Positions 42,701 to 58,059 of a stretch of DNA of 64,000 nucleotides are shown here, piece by piece (the first letter of the stretch is position 1; every line of letters begins with the position of its first letter). Source of the stretch: Tubulanus polymorphus (lineage: Eukaryota; Animalia; Nemertea); the NCBI RefSeq assembly GCF_964204645.1, contig NW_027437451.1:42001-106000 (forward strand), written 5' to 3'. The position numbers and the translations under genes are program-made. The notes beneath the pieces are model-generated. The model was not told the DNA's origin and made no database searches. It worked only from the letters and a program-made list of their open reading frames with translations.

Positions 42701-45700
42701 TCCATCATCTTTAGAACCAAAGGCAGCCAGAAAATTCTGATTCTTTCAACCTATCTATTGAAAATCAGTTCAGTACACCCTAACCCATCAATTAAGATAG
42801 AATTCATCATCTTTAGGACCCTATTTTGCAAGAAAAATTTGTATCTTTCAGTCCATCTACTCGAAATCAGTTCAGTTTACCTTAACCTATCATTTCAGAT
42901 CGAGTCCATCATCTTCAGGCGCATAAATAGCCAGAAAATTCTGATTCTTTCCACCTATCTATTTGAAATCAGTTCAGTTCACCCTAACCCATCAATTAAG
43001 ATAGAATTCGTCATCTTTAGGACCCTATTTTGCAAGAAAAATCTGTATCTTTCAGTCCATCTACTCGAAATCAGTTCAGTTTACCTTACCCTATCATTTC
43101 AGATCGAGTCCATCATCTTCAGGAGCATAAATAGCCAGAAAATTCTTAATCTTTCCACCTATCTATTTGAAATCAGTTCAATACGCCTTAACACATCTTT
43201 TCAGATTGAATCCATCATCTTCAGAACCAAAAGACGCCAGAAAATTCTGATTCTTTCAACCTATCTATTTGAAATCAGTTCAATTCGCCTAAACGCATCA
43301 TTTCAGATTGAATCAATCAACTTCAGTAGTATAATTAGTCAGAAAATTCTGAATCTTTCAACCAATCTATTAAAAATCAGTTCAGTACACCCTAACCCAT
43401 CAATTAAGATAGAATTCATCATTTTTAGGACCTAATTAATCAAGAAAAATCTGTATCTTTCATCCCATCTACTCGAAATCAGTTCAGTTTACCTTAACCT
43501 ATCATTTCAGATCGAGTCCATCATCTTCAGGAGCATAAATAGCCAAAAAATTCTTAATCTTTCCACCTATCTATTTGAAATCAGTTCAATACGCCTTAAC
43601 CCATCTTTTCAGATTGAATCAATCAACTTCAGAAGTATAAGTAGTCAGAAAATTCTGAATCTTTCAACCAATCTATTGAAAATCAGTTCAGTACACCCTA
43701 ACCCAACAATTAAGATAGAATTCATCATCTTTAGGACCCTATTTTGCAAGAAAAATCTGTATCTTTTAGTCCATCTACTCGAAATCAGTTCAGTTTACCT
43801 TAACCTATCATTTCAGATCGAGTCCATCATCTGCAGCAGCATAAATAGCCAGAAAATTCTTAATCTTTCCACCTATCTATTTGAAATCAGTTCAATACGC
43901 CTTAACCCATCTTTTCAGATTGAGTCCATCATCTTCAGAACAAAGGGCAGCCAGAAAATTCTGATTCTTTCAACCTATCTATTGAAAATCAGTTCAGCAC
44001 ACCCTAACCCATCAATTAAGATAGAATTCATCATCTTTAGGACCCTATTTTGCAAGAAAAATCTGTATCTTTCAGTCCATCTACTGGAAATCAGTTCAGT
44101 TTACCTTAACCTATCATTTCAGATCGAGTCCATCATCTTCAGGAGCATAAGTACCCAGAAAATTCAGAATCTTTCCACCTATCTATTTGAAATCGGTTCA
44201 GTACACCCTAACCCATCAATTAAGATAGAATTCGTCATCTTTAGGACCATATTTTGCAAGAAAAATCTGTATCTTTTAGTCCATCTACTCGAAATCAATT
44301 CAGTTTACCTTAACCTATCATTTCAGATCGAGTCCATCATCGTCAGGAGCATAAATAGCCAGAAAATTCTTAATCTTTCCACCTATCTATTTGAAATCAG
44401 TTCAATACGCCTTAACCCATCTTTTCAGATTGAGTCCATCATCTTCAGAACCAAAGGCAGCCAGAAAATTCTGATTCTGTCAACCTATCTATTTGAAATC
44501 AGTTCAGTACACCCTAACCCATCAATTAAGATAGAATTCATCATCTTTAGGACCCTATTTTGCAAGAAAAATCTGTATCTTTCAGTCCATCTACTCGAAA
44601 TCAGTTCAGTTTACCTTAACCTATCATTTCAGATCGAGTCCATCATCTTCAGGAGCATAAGTACCCAGAAAATTCAGAATCTTTCCACCTATTTATTTGA
44701 AATCAGTTCAATACGCCTTAACCCATCTTTTCAGATAGAATCCATCATCTTCAGAACCAAAAGCAGCCAGAAAATTCTGATTCTTTCCACCTATCTATTT
44801 GAAATCAGTTCAGTACACCCCAACCCATCGATTAAGATAGAATTCGTCATCTTTAGGACCCTATTTTGCAAGAAAAATCTGTATCTTTTAGTCCATCTAC
44901 TCGAAATCAGTTCAGTTTACCTTAACCTATCATTTCAGATCGAGTCCATCATCTTCAGGAGCATAAATAGCCAGAAAATTCTTAATCTTTCCACCTATCT
45001 ATTTGAAATCAGTTCAATACGCCTTAACCCATCTTTTCAGATTGAGTCCATCATCTTCAGAACCAAAGGCAGCCAGAAAATTCTGATTCTTATCTATATG
45101 AAATCAGTTTAGTACACCCTAACCCATCATTTAAGATAGAATTCATCATCTTTAGGACCATATTTTGCAAGAAAAATCTGTATCTTTCAGTCCATCTACT
45201 CGAAATCAGTTCAGTTTACCTTACCCTATCATTTCAGATCGAGTCCATCATCTTCAGGAGCATAAATAGCCAGAAAATTCTTAATCTTTCCACCTATCTA
45301 TTTGAAATCAGTTCAATACGCCTTAACACATCTTTTCAGATTGAATCCATCATCTTCAGAACCAAAAGCAGCCAGAAAATTCTGATTCTTTCAACCTATC
45401 TATTTGAAATCAGTTCAATTCGCCTAAACGCATCATTTCAGATTGAATCAATCAACTTCAGTAGTATAATTAGTCAGAAAATTCTGAATCTTTCAACCAA
45501 TCTATTGAAAATCAGTTCAGTACACCCTAACCCATCAATTAAGATAGAATTCATCATTTTTAGAACCTAATTAATCAAGAAAAATCTGTTTCTTTCTTCC
45601 CATCTACTCGAAATCAGTTCAGTTTACCTTAACCTATCATTTCAGATCGAGTCCATCATCTTCAGGAGCATAAATAGCCAAAAAATTCTTAATCGTTCCA

Positions 45701-48700
45701 CCTATCTATTTGAAATCAGTTCAATACGCCTTAACCCATCTTTTCAGATTGAATCAATCAACTTCAGAAGTATAAGTAGTCAGAAAATTCTGAATCTTTC
45801 AACCAATCTATTGAAAATCAGTTCAGTACACCCTAACCCAACAATTAAGATAGAATTCATCATCTTTAGGACCCTATTTTGCAAGAAAAATCTGTATCTT
45901 TCAGTCCATCTACTCGAAATCAGTTCAGTTTACCTTAACCTATCATTTCAGATCGAGTCCATCATCTGCAGGAGCATAAATAGCCAGAAAATTCTTAATC
46001 TTTCCACCTATCTATTTGAAATCAGTTCAATACGCCTTAACCCATCTTTTCAGATTGAATCCATCATCTTCAGAACCAAAAGCAGCCAGAAAATTCTGAT
46101 TCTTTCCACCTATCTATTTGAAATCAGTTCAGTACACCCTAACCCATCAATTAAGATAGAATTCGTCATGTTTAGGACCCTATTTTGCAAGAAAAATCTG
46201 TATCTTTCAGTCCATCTACTCGAAATCAGTTCAGTTTACCTTACCCTATCATTTCAGATCGAGTCCATCATCTTCAGGAGCATAAATAGCCAGAAAATTC
46301 TGAATCTTTCCACCTATCTATTTGAAATCAGTTCAATACGCCTTATCCCATCTTTTCAGATTGAATCAATCAACTTCAGAAGTATAAGTAGTCAGAAAAT
46401 TCTGAATCTTTCCACCTATCTATTTGAAATCAGTTCAATACGCCTTATCCCATCTTTTCAGATTGAATCAATCAACTTCAGAAGTATAAGTAGTCAGAAA
46501 ATTCTGAATCTTTCCACCTATCTATTTGAAATCAGTTCAATACGCCTTAACACATCATTTCAGATCGAGTCCATCATCTTCAGGAGCATAAATAGCCAGA
46601 AAATTCTTAATCTTTCCACCTATCTACTCGAAATCAGTTCAGTTTACCTTAACCTATCATTTCAGATTGAGTCCATCATCTTCAGGAGAATAAGCACGCA
46701 GAAAATTCTGAATCTTTCCACCTATCTATTTGAAATCAGTTCAATACGCCTTAACACATCTTTTCAGATTGAGTCCATCATCTTCAGAACCAAAGGCAGC
46801 CAGAAAATTCTGATTCTTTCCACCTATCTATTTGAAATCAGTTCAGTTCACCCTAACTCATCAATTAAGATAGAATTCGTCATCTTTAGGACCATATTTT
46901 GCAAGAAAAATCTGTATCTTTATGTCCATCTACTCGAAATCAGTTCAGTTTACCTTACCCTATCATTTCAGATCGAGTCCATCATCTTCAGGAGCATAAA
47001 TAGCCAGAAAATTCTTAATCTTTCCACCTATCTATTTGAAATCAGTTTAATACGCCTTAACCCATCTTTTCAGATTGAATCAATCAACTTCAGAAGTATA
47101 AGTAGTCAGAAAATTCTGAATCTTTCAACCAATCTATTGAAAATCAGTTCAGTACACCCTAACCCAACAATTAAGATAGAATTCATCATTTTTAGGACCT
47201 AATTAATCAAGAAAAATCTGTTTCTTTCATCCCATCTACTCGAAATCAGTTCAGTTTACCTTAACCTATCATTTCAGATCGAGACCATCATCTTCAGGAG
47301 CATAAATAGTCAGAAAATTCTTAATCTTTCCACCTATCCATTTGAAATCAGTTCAATACGCCTTAGCCCATCTTTTCAGATTGAGTCCATCATCTTCAGA
47401 ACCAAAGGCGGCCAGAAAATTCTGATTCTTTCAACCAATCTATTGAAAATCAGTTCAGTACACCCTAACCCATCATTTAAGATAGAATTCATCATCTTTA
47501 GGACCCTATTTTGCAAGAAAAATTTGTATCTTTCAGTCCATCTACTCGAAATCAGTTCAGTTTACCTTAACCTATCATTTCAGATCGAGTCCATCATCTT
47601 CAGGCGCATAAATACCCAGAAAATTCTTAATCTTTCCACCTATCTATTTGAAATCAGTTCAATACGCCTTAACCCATCTTTTCAGATTGAGTCCATCATC
47701 TTCAGAACCAAAGGCAGCCAGAAAATTCTGATTCGTTCCACCTATCTATTTGAAATCAGTTCAATACGCCTTAACACATCTTTTCAGATTGAATCCATCA
47801 TCTTCAGAACCAAAAGCAGCCAGAAAATTCTGATTCTTTCAACCAATCTATTGAAAATCAGTTCAGTACACCCTAACCCATCAATTAAGATAGAATTCAT
47901 CATCTTTAGGACCCTATTTTTCAAGAAAAATTTGTATCTTTCAGTCCATCTACTCGAAATCAGTTCAGTTTACCTTAACCTATCATTTCAGATCGAGTCC
48001 ATCATCTTCAGGCGCATAAATAGCCAAAAAATTCTTAATCTTACCACCTATCTATTTGAAATCAGTTCAATACGCCTTAACCCATCTTTTCAGATTGAGT
48101 CCATCATCTTCAGAACCAAAGGCAGCCAGAAAATTCTGATTCTTTCCACCTATCTATTTGAAATCAGTTCAGTTCACCCTAACCCATCAATTAAGATAGA
48201 ATTCATCATCTTTAGGACCCTATTTTGCAAGAAAAATCTGTATCTTTTAGTCCATCTACTCGAAATCAGTTCAGTTTACCTTAACCTATCATTTCAGATC
48301 GAGTCCATCATCTTCAGGAGCATAAATAGCCAGAAAATTCTTAATCTTTCCACCTATCTATTTGAAATCAGTTCAATACGCCTTAACCCATCTTTTCAGA
48401 TTGAGTCCATCATCTTCAGAATTAAAGGCAGCCAGAAAATTCTGATTCGTTCCACCTATCTATTTGAAATCAGTTCAATACGCCTTAACACATCTTTTCA
48501 GATTGAATCCATCATCTTCAGAACCAAAGGCAGCCAGAAAATTCTGATTCTTTCCACCTATCTATTTGAAATCAGTTCAGTTCACCCTAACCCATCAATT
48601 AAGATAGAATTCATCATCTTTAGGACCCTATTTTGCAAGAAAAATCTGTATCTTTCAGTCCATCTACTCGAAATCAGTTCAGTTTACCTTAACCTATCAT

Positions 48701-51700
48701 TTCAGATCGAGTCCATCATCTTCAGGAGCATAAATAGCCAGAAAATTCTTAATCTTTCCACCTATCTATTTGAAATCAGTTCAATACGCCTTAACCCATC
48801 TTTTCAGATTGAGTCCATCATCTTCAGAACCAAATGCAGCCAGAAAATTCTGATTCTTTCAACCAATCTATTGAAAATCAGTTCAGTACACCCTAACCCA
48901 TCAATTAAGATAGAATTCATCATCTTTAGGACCCTATTTGTCAAGAAAAATTTGTATCTTTCAGTCCATCTACTCGAAATCAGTTCAGTTTACCTTAACC
49001 TATCATTTCAGATCGAGTCCATCATCTTCAGGAGCATAAATAGCCAGAAAATTCTTAATCTTTCCACCTATCTATTTGAAATCAGTTCAATACGCCTTAT
49101 CCCATCTTTTCAGATTGAATCAATCAATTTCAGAAGTATAAGTAGTCAGAAAATTCTGAATCTTTCCACCTATCTATTTGAAATCAGTTCAATACGCCTT
49201 AACACATCATTTCAGATCGAGTCCATCATCTTCAGGAGCATAAATAGCCAGAAAATTCTTAATCTTTCCACCTATCTACTCGAAATCAGTTCAGTTTACC
49301 TTAACCTATCATTTCAGATTGAGTCCATCATCTTCAGGAGAATAAGCACGCAGAAAATTCTGAATCTTTCCACCTATCTATTTGAAATCAGTTCAATACC
49401 CCTTAACACATCTTTTCAGATTGAGTCCATCATCTTCAGAACCAAAGGCAGCCAGAAAATTCTGATTCTTTCCACCTATCTATTTGAAATCAGTTCAGTT
49501 CACCCTAACTCATCAATTAAGATAGAATTCGTCATCTTTAGGACCATATTTTGCAAGAAAAATCTGTATCTTTATGTCCATCTACTCGAAATCAGTTCAG
49601 TTTACCTTACCCTATCATTTCAGATCGAGTCCATCATCTTCAGGAGCATAAATAGCCAGAAAATTCTTAATCTTTCCACCTATCTATTTGAAATCAGTTT
49701 AATACGCCTTAACCCATCTTTTCAGATTGAATCAATCAACTTCAGAAGTATAAGTAGTCAGAAAATTCTGAATCTTTCAACCAATCTATTGAAAATCAGT
49801 TCAGTACACCCTAACCCAACAATTAAGATAGAATTCATCATTTTTAGGACCTAATTAATCAAGAAAAATCTGTTTCTTTCATCCCATCTACTCGAAATCA
49901 GTTCAGTTTACCTTAACCTATCATTTCAGATCGAGACCATCATCTTCAGGAGCATAAATAGTCAGAAAATTCTTAATCTTTCCACCTATCCATTTGAAAT
50001 CAGTTCAATACGCCTTAGCCCATCTTTTCAGATTGAGTCCATCATCTTCAGAACCAAAGGCGGCCAGAAAATTCTGATTCTTTCAACCAATCTATTGAAA
50101 ATCAGTTCAGTACACCCTAACCCATCATTTAAGATAGAATTCATCATCTTTAGGACCCTATTTTGCAAGAAAAATTTGTATCTTTCAGTCCATCTACTCG
50201 AAATCAGTTCAGTTTACCTTAACCTATCATTTCAGATCGAGTCCATCATCTTCAGGCGCATAAATACCCAGAAAATTCTTAATCTTTCCACCTATCTATT
50301 TGAAATCAGTTCAATACGCCTTAACCCATCTTTTCAGATTGAGTCCATCATCTTCAGAACCAAAGGCAGCCAGAAAATTCTGATTCGTTCCACCTATCTA
50401 TTTGAAATCAGTTCAATACGCCTTAACACATCTTTTCAGATTGAATCCATCATCTTCAGAACCAAAAGCAGCCAGAAAATTCTGATTCTTTCAACCAATC
50501 TATTGAAAATCAGTTCAGTACACCCTAACCCATCAATTAAGATAGAATTCATCATCTTTAGGACCCTATTTTTCAAGAAAAATTTGTATCTTTCAGTCCA
50601 TCTACTCGAAATCAGTTCAGTTTACCTTAACCTATCATTTCAGATCGAGTCCATCATCTTCAGGCGCATAAATAGCCAAAAAATTCTTAATCTTACCACC
50701 TATCTATTTGAAATCAGTTCAATACGCCTTAACCCATCTTTTCAGATTGAGTCCATCATCTTCAGAACCAAAGGCAGCCAGAAAATTCTGATTCTTTCCA
50801 CCTATCTATTTGAAATCAGTTCAGTTCACCCTAACCCATCAATTAAGATAGAATTCATCATCTTTAGGACCCTATTTTGCAAGAAAAATCTGTATCTTTT
50901 AGTCCATCTACTCGAAATCAGTTCAGTTTACCTTAACCTATCATTTCAGATCGAGTCCATCATCTTCAGGAGCATAAATAGCCAGAAAATTCTTAATCTT
51001 TCCACCTATCTATTTGAAATCAGTTCAATACGCCTTAACCCATCTTTTCAGATTGAGTCCATCATCTTCAGAATTAAAGGCAGCCAGAAAATTCTGATTC
51101 GTTCCACCTATCTATTTGAAATCAGTTCAATACGCCTTAACACATCTTTTCAGATTGAATCCATCATCTTCAGAACCAAAGGCAGCCAGAAAATTCTGAT
51201 TCTTTCCACCTATCTATTTGAAATCAGTTCAGTTCACCCTAACCCATCAATTAAGATAGAATTCATCATCTTTAGGACCCTATTTTGCAAGAAAAATCTG
51301 TATCTTTCAGTCCATCTACTCGAAATCAGTTCAGTTTACCTTAACCTATCATTTCAGATCGAGTCCATCATCTTCAGGAGCATAAATAGCCAGAAAATTC
51401 TTAATCTTTCCACCTATCTATTTGAAATCAGTTCAATACGCCTTAACCCATCTTTTCAGATTGAGTCCATCATCTTCAGAACCAAATGCAGCCAGAAAAT
51501 TCTGATTCTTTCAACCAATCTATTGAAAATCAGTTCAGTACACCCTAACCCATCAATTAAGATAGAATTCATCATCTTTAGGACCCTATTTGTCAAGAAA
51601 AATTTGTATCTTTCAGTCCATCTACTCGAAATCAGTTCAGTTTACCTTAACCTATCATTTCAGATCGAGTCCATCATCTTCAGGAGCATAAATAGCCAGA

Positions 51701-54700
51701 AAATTCTTAATCTTTCCACCTATCTATTTGAAATCAGTTCAATACGCCTTATCCCATCTTTTCAGATTGAATCAATCAACTTCAGAAGTATAAGTAGTCA
51801 GAAAATTCTAAATCTTTCCACCTATCTATTTGAAATCAGTTCAATACGCCTTAAAACATCAGTTCAGATCGAGTCCATCATCTTCAGGAGCATAAATAGC
51901 CAGAAAATTCTTAATCTTTCCACCTATCTACTCGAAATCAGTTCAATTTACCTTAACCTATCATTTCAGATTGAGTCCATCATCTTCAGGAGAATAAGCA
52001 CCCAGAAAATTCTGAATCTTTCCACCTATCTATTTGAAATCAGTTCAATACGCCTTAACCCATCTTTTCAGATTGAGTCCATCATCTTCAGAACCAAAGG
52101 CAGCCAGAAAATTCTGATTCTTTCAACCAATCTATTGAAAATCAGTTCAGTACACCCTAACCCATCAATTAAGATAGAATTCATCATCTTTAGGACCCTA
52201 TTTTGCAAGAAAAATCTGTATCTTTCAGTCCATCTACTCGAAATCAGTTCAGTTTACCTTAACCTATCATTTCAGATCGAGTCCATCATCTTCAGGATCA
52301 TAAATAGCCAGAAAATTCTTAATCTTTCCACCCATCTATTTGAAATCAGTTCAATACGCCGAGTCCATCATCTTCAGAACCAAAGGCAGCAAGAAAATTC
52401 TGATTCTTTCAACCTATCTATTTGAAATCAGTTCAGTACACCCTAACCCATCAATTAAGATAGAATTCGTCATCTTTAGGACCCTATTTTGCAAGAAAAA
52501 TCTGTATCTTTCAGTCCATCTACTCGAAATCAGTTCAGTTTACCTTACCCTATCATTTCAGATCGAGTCCATCATCTTCAGGAGCATAAATAGCCAGAAA
52601 ATTCTTAATCTTTCCACCTATCTATTTGAAATCAGTTCAATACGCCTTAACACATCTTTTCAGATTGAATCCATCATCTTCAGAACCAAAAGCAGCCAGA
52701 AAATTCTGATTCTTTCAACCTATCTATTTGAAATCAGTTCAATTCGCCTAAACGCATCATTTCAGATTGAATCAATCAACTTCAGTAGTATAATTAGTCA
52801 GAAAATTCTGAATCTTTCAACCAATCTATTGAAAATCAGTTCAGTACACCCTAACCCATCAATTAAGATAGAATTCATCATTTTTAGAACCTAATTAATC
52901 AAGAAAAATCTGTTTCTTTCTTCCCATCTACTCGAAATCAGTTCAGTTTACCTTAACCTATCATTTCAGATCGAGTCCATCATCTTCAGGAGCATAAATA
53001 GCCAAAAAATTCTTAATCGTTCCACCTATCTATTTGAAATCAGTTCAATACGCCTTAACCCATCTTTTCAGATTGAATCAATCAACTTCAGAAGTATAAG
53101 TAGTCAGAAAATTCTGAATCTTTCAACCAATCTATTGAAAATCAGTTCAGTACACCCTAACCCAACAATTAAGATAGAATTCATCATCTTTAGGACCCTA
53201 TTTTGCAAGAAAAATCTGTATCTTTCAGTCCATCTACTCGAAATCAGTTCAGTTTACCTTAACCTATCATTTCAGATCGAGTCCATCATCTGCAGGAGCA
53301 TAAATAGCCAGAAATATCTTAATCTTTCCACCTATCTATTTGAAATCAGTTCAATACGCCTTAACCCATCTTTTCAGATTGAATCCATCATCTTCAGAAC
53401 CAAAAGCAGCCAGAAAATTCTGATTCTTTCCACCTATCTATTTGAAATCAGTTCAGTACACCCTAACCCATCAATTAAGATAGAATTCGTCATGTTTAGG
53501 ACCCTATTTTGCAAGAAAAATCTGTATCTTTCAGTCCATCTACTCGAAATCAGTTCAGTTTACCTTACCCTATCATTTCAGATCGAGTCCATCATCTTCA
53601 GGAGCATAAATAGCCAGAAAATTCTTAATCTTTCCACCTATCTATTTGAAATCAGTTCAATACGCCTTATCCCATCTTTTCAGATTGAATCAATCAACTT
53701 CAGAAGTATAAGTAGTCAGAAAATTCTGAATCTTTCCACCTATCTATTTGAAATCAGTTCAATACGCCTTATCCCATCTTTTCAGATTGAATCAATCAAC
53801 TTCAGAAGTATAAGTAGTCAGAAAATTCTGAATCTTTCCACCTATCTATTTGAAATCAGTTCAATACGCCTTAACACATCATTTCAGATCGAGTCCATCA
53901 TCTTCAGGAGCATAAATAGCCAGAAAATTCTTAATCTTTCCACCTATCTACTCGAAATCAGTTCAGTTTACCTTAACCTATCATTTCAGATTGAGTCCAT
54001 CATCTTCAGGAGAATAAGCACGCAGAAAATTCTGAATCTTTCCACCTATCTATTTGAAATCAGTTCAATACGCCTTAACACATCTTTTCAGATTGAGTCC
54101 ATCATCTTCAGAACCAAAGGCAGCCAGAAAATTCTGATTCTTTCCACCTATCTATTTGAAATCAGTTCAGTTCACCCTAACTCATCAATTAAGATAGAAT
54201 TCGTCATCTTTAGGACCATATTTTGCAAGAAAAATCTGTATCTTTATGTCCATCTACTCGAAATCAGTTCAGTTTACCTTACCCTATCATTTCAGATCGA
54301 GTCCATCATCTTCAGGAGCATAAATAGCCAGAAAATTCTTAATCTTTCCACCTATCTATTTGAAATCAGTTTAATACGCCTTAACCCATCTTTTCAGATT
54401 GAATCAATCAACTTCAGAAGTATAAGTAGTCAGAAAATTCTGAATCTTTCAACCAATCTATTGAAAATCAGTTCAGTACACCCTAACCCAACAATTAAGA
54501 TAGAATTCATCATTTTTAGGACCTAATTAATCAAGAAAAATCTGTTTCTTTCATCCCATCTACTCGAAATCAGTTCAGTTTACCTTAACCTATCATTTCA
54601 GATCGAGACCATCATCTTCAGGAGCATAAATAGTCAGAAAATTCTTAATCTTTCCACCTATCCATTTGAAATCAGTTCAATACGCCTTAGCCCATCTTTT

Positions 54701-57700
54701 CAGATTGAGTCCATCATCTTCAGAACCAAAGGCGGCCAGAAAATTCTGATTCTTTCAACCAATCTATTGAAAATCAGTTCAGTACACCCTAACCCATCAT
54801 TTAAGATAGAATTCATCATCTTTAGGACCCTATTTTGCAAGAAAAATTTGTATCTTTCAGTCCATCTACTCGAAATCAGTTCAGTTTACCTTAACCTATC
54901 ATTTCAGATCGAGTCCATCATCTTCAGGCGCATAAATAGCCAGAAAATTCTTAATCTTTCCACCTATCTATTTGAAATCAGTTCAATACGCCTTAACCCA
55001 TCTTTTCAGATTGAGTCCATCATCTTCAGAACCAAAGGCAGCCAGAAAATTCTGATTCGTTCCACCTATCTATTTGAAATCAGTTCAATACGCCTTAACA
55101 CATCTTTTCAGATTGAATCCATCATCTTCAGAACCAAAAGCAGCCAGAAAATTCTGATTCTTTCAACCAATCTATTGAAAATCAGTTCAGTACACCCTAA
55201 CCCATCAATTAAGATAGAATTCATCATCTTTAGGACCCTATTTTTCAAGAAAAATTTGTATCTTTCAGTCCATCTACTCGAAATCAGTTCAGTTTACCTT
55301 AACCTATCATTTCAGATCGAGTCCATCATCTTCAGGCGCATAAATAGCCAAAAAATTCTTAATCTTACCACCTATCTATTTGAAATCAGTTCAATACGCC
55401 TTAACCCATCTTTTCAGATTGAGTCCATCATCTTCAGAACCAAAGGCAGCCAGAAAATTCTGATTCTTTCCACCTATCTATTTGAAATCAGTTCAGTTCA
55501 CCCTAACCCATCAATTAAGATAGAATTCATCATCTTTAGGACCCTATTTTGCAAGAAAAATCTGTATCTTTTAGTCCATCTACTCGAAATCAGTTCAGTT
55601 TACCTTAACCTATCATTTCAGATCGAGTCCATCATCTTCAGGAGCATAAATAGTCAGAAAATTCTTAATCTTTCCACCTATCTATTTGAAATCAGTTCAA
55701 TACGCCTTAACCCATCTTTTCAGATTGAGTCCATCATCTTCAGAATTATAGGCAGCCAGAAAATTCTGATTCGTTCCACCTATCTATTTGAAATCAGTTC
55801 AATACGCCTTAACACATCTTTTCAGATTGAATCCATCATCTTCAGAACCAAAGGCAGCCAGAAAATTCTGATTCTTTCCACCTATCTATTTGAAATCAGT
55901 TCAGTTCACCCTAACCCATCAATTAAGATAGAATTCATCATCTTTAGGACCCTATTTTGCAAGAAAAATCTGTATCTTTCAGTCCATCTACTCGAAATCA
56001 GTTCAGTTTACCTTAACCTATCATTTCAGATCGAGTCCATCATCTTCAGGAGCATAAATAGCCAGAAAATTCTTAATCTTTCCACCTATCTATTTGAAAT
56101 CAGTTCAATACGCCTTAACCCATCTTTTCAGATTGAGTCTATCATCTTCAGAACCAAATGCAGCCAGAAAATTCTGATTCTTTCAACCAATCTATTGAAA
56201 ATCAGTTCAGTACACCCTAACCCATCAATTAAGATAGAATTCATCATCTTTAGGACCCTATTTGTCAAGAAAAATTTGTATCTTTCAGTCCATCTACTCG
56301 AAATCAGTTCAGTTTACCTTAACCTATCATTTCAGATCGAGTCCATCATCTTCAGGAGCATAAATAGCCAGAAAATTCTTAATCTTTCCACCTATCTATT
56401 TGAAATCAGTTCAATACGCCTTATCCCATCTTTTCAGATTGAATCAATCAACTTCAGAAGTATAAGTAGTCAGAAAATTCTAAATCTTTCCACCTATCTA
56501 TTTGAAATCAGTTCAATACGCCTTAAAACATCAGTTCAGATCGAGTCCATCATCTTCAGGAGCATAAATAGCCAGAAAATTCTTAATCTTTCCACCTATC
56601 TACTCGAAATCAGTTCAATTTACCTTAACCTATCATTTCAGATTGAGTCCATCATCTTCAGGAGAATAAGCACCCAGAAAATTCTGAATCTTTCCACCTA
56701 TCTATTTGAAATCAGTTCAATACGCCTTAACCCATCTTTTCAGATTGAGTCCATCATCTTCAGAACCAAAGGCAGCCAGAAAATTCTGATTCTTTCAACC
56801 AATCTATTGAAAATCAGTTCAGTACACCCTAACCCATCAATTAAGATAGAATTCATCATCTTTAGGACCCTATTTTGCAAGAAAAATCTGTATCTTTCAG
56901 TCCATCTACTCGAAATCAGTTCAGTTTACCTTACCCTATCATTTCAGATCGAGTCCATCATCTTCAGGAGCATAAATAGCCAGAAAATTCTTAATCTTTC
57001 CACCCATCTATTTGAAATCAGTTCAATACGCCGAGTCCATCATCTTCAGAACCAAAGGCAGCAAGAAAATTCTGATTCTTTCAACCTATCTATTTGAAAT
57101 CAGTTCAGTACACCCTAACCCATCAATTAAGATAGAATTCGTCATCTTTAGGACCCTATTTTGCAAGAAAAATCTGTATCTTTCAGTCCATCTACTCGAA
57201 ATCAGTTCAGTTTACCTTACCCTATCATTTCAGATCGAGTCCATCATCTTCAGGAGCATAAATAGCCAGAAAATTCTTAATCTTTCAACCCATCTATTTG
57301 AAATCAGTTCAATACGCCTTATCCCATCTTTTCAGATTGAATCAATCAACTTCAGAAGTATAAGTAGTCAGAAAATTCTGAATCTTTCCACCTATCTATT
57401 TGAAATCAGTTCAATGCGCCTTATCCCATCTTTTCAGATTGAATCAATCAACTTCAGAAGTATAAGTAGTCAGAAAATTCTGAATCTTTCCACCTATCTA
57501 TTTGAAATCAGTTCAATACGCCTTAACACATCATTTCAGATCGAGTCCATCATCTTCAGGAGCATAAATAGCCAGAAAATTCTTAATCTTTCCACCTATC
57601 TACTCGAAATCAGTTCAGTTTACCTTAACCTATCATTTCAGATTGAGTCCATCATCTTCAGGAGAATAAGCACCCAGAAAATTCTGAATCTTTCCACCTA

Positions 57701-58059
57701 TCTATTTGAAATCAGTTCAATACGCCTTAGCCCATCTTTTCAGATTGAGTCCATCATCTTTAGAACCAAAGGCAGCCAGAAAATTCTGATTCTTTCCACC
57801 TATCTATTTGAAATCAGTTCAGTTCACCCTTACCCATCAATTAAGATAGAATTCATCATCTTTAGGACCCTATTTTGCAAGAAAAATCTGTATCTTTCAG
57901 TCCATCTACTCGAAATCAGTTCAGTTTACCTTAACCTATCATTTCAGATCGAGTCCATCATCTTCAGGAGCATAAATAGCCAGAAAATTCTTAATCTTTC
58001 CACCTATCTATTTGAAATCAGTTCAATACGCCTTAACACATCTTTTCAGATTGAGTCCA
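36735..58059 (+). repeat. Dispersed ~5-kb duplication: ~36735-41785 vs ~53009-58059 (offset 16,274)
   Basis: Shared markers at constant offset: AATCGTTCC 36741/53015, stop codons 38252/54526, 20-bp deletion 40758/57032, CACCCTTACC 41551/57825. Confidence 0.85.
46430..51800 (+). repeat. Direct tandem duplication with 2,652-bp period (26 monomers)
   Basis: Rare variants AATACCCAGA (47611, 50263) and AGAATTAAAGG (48418, 51070) share offset 2652, as do ORF starts 47443/50095. Boundaries are approximate. Confidence 0.85.
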
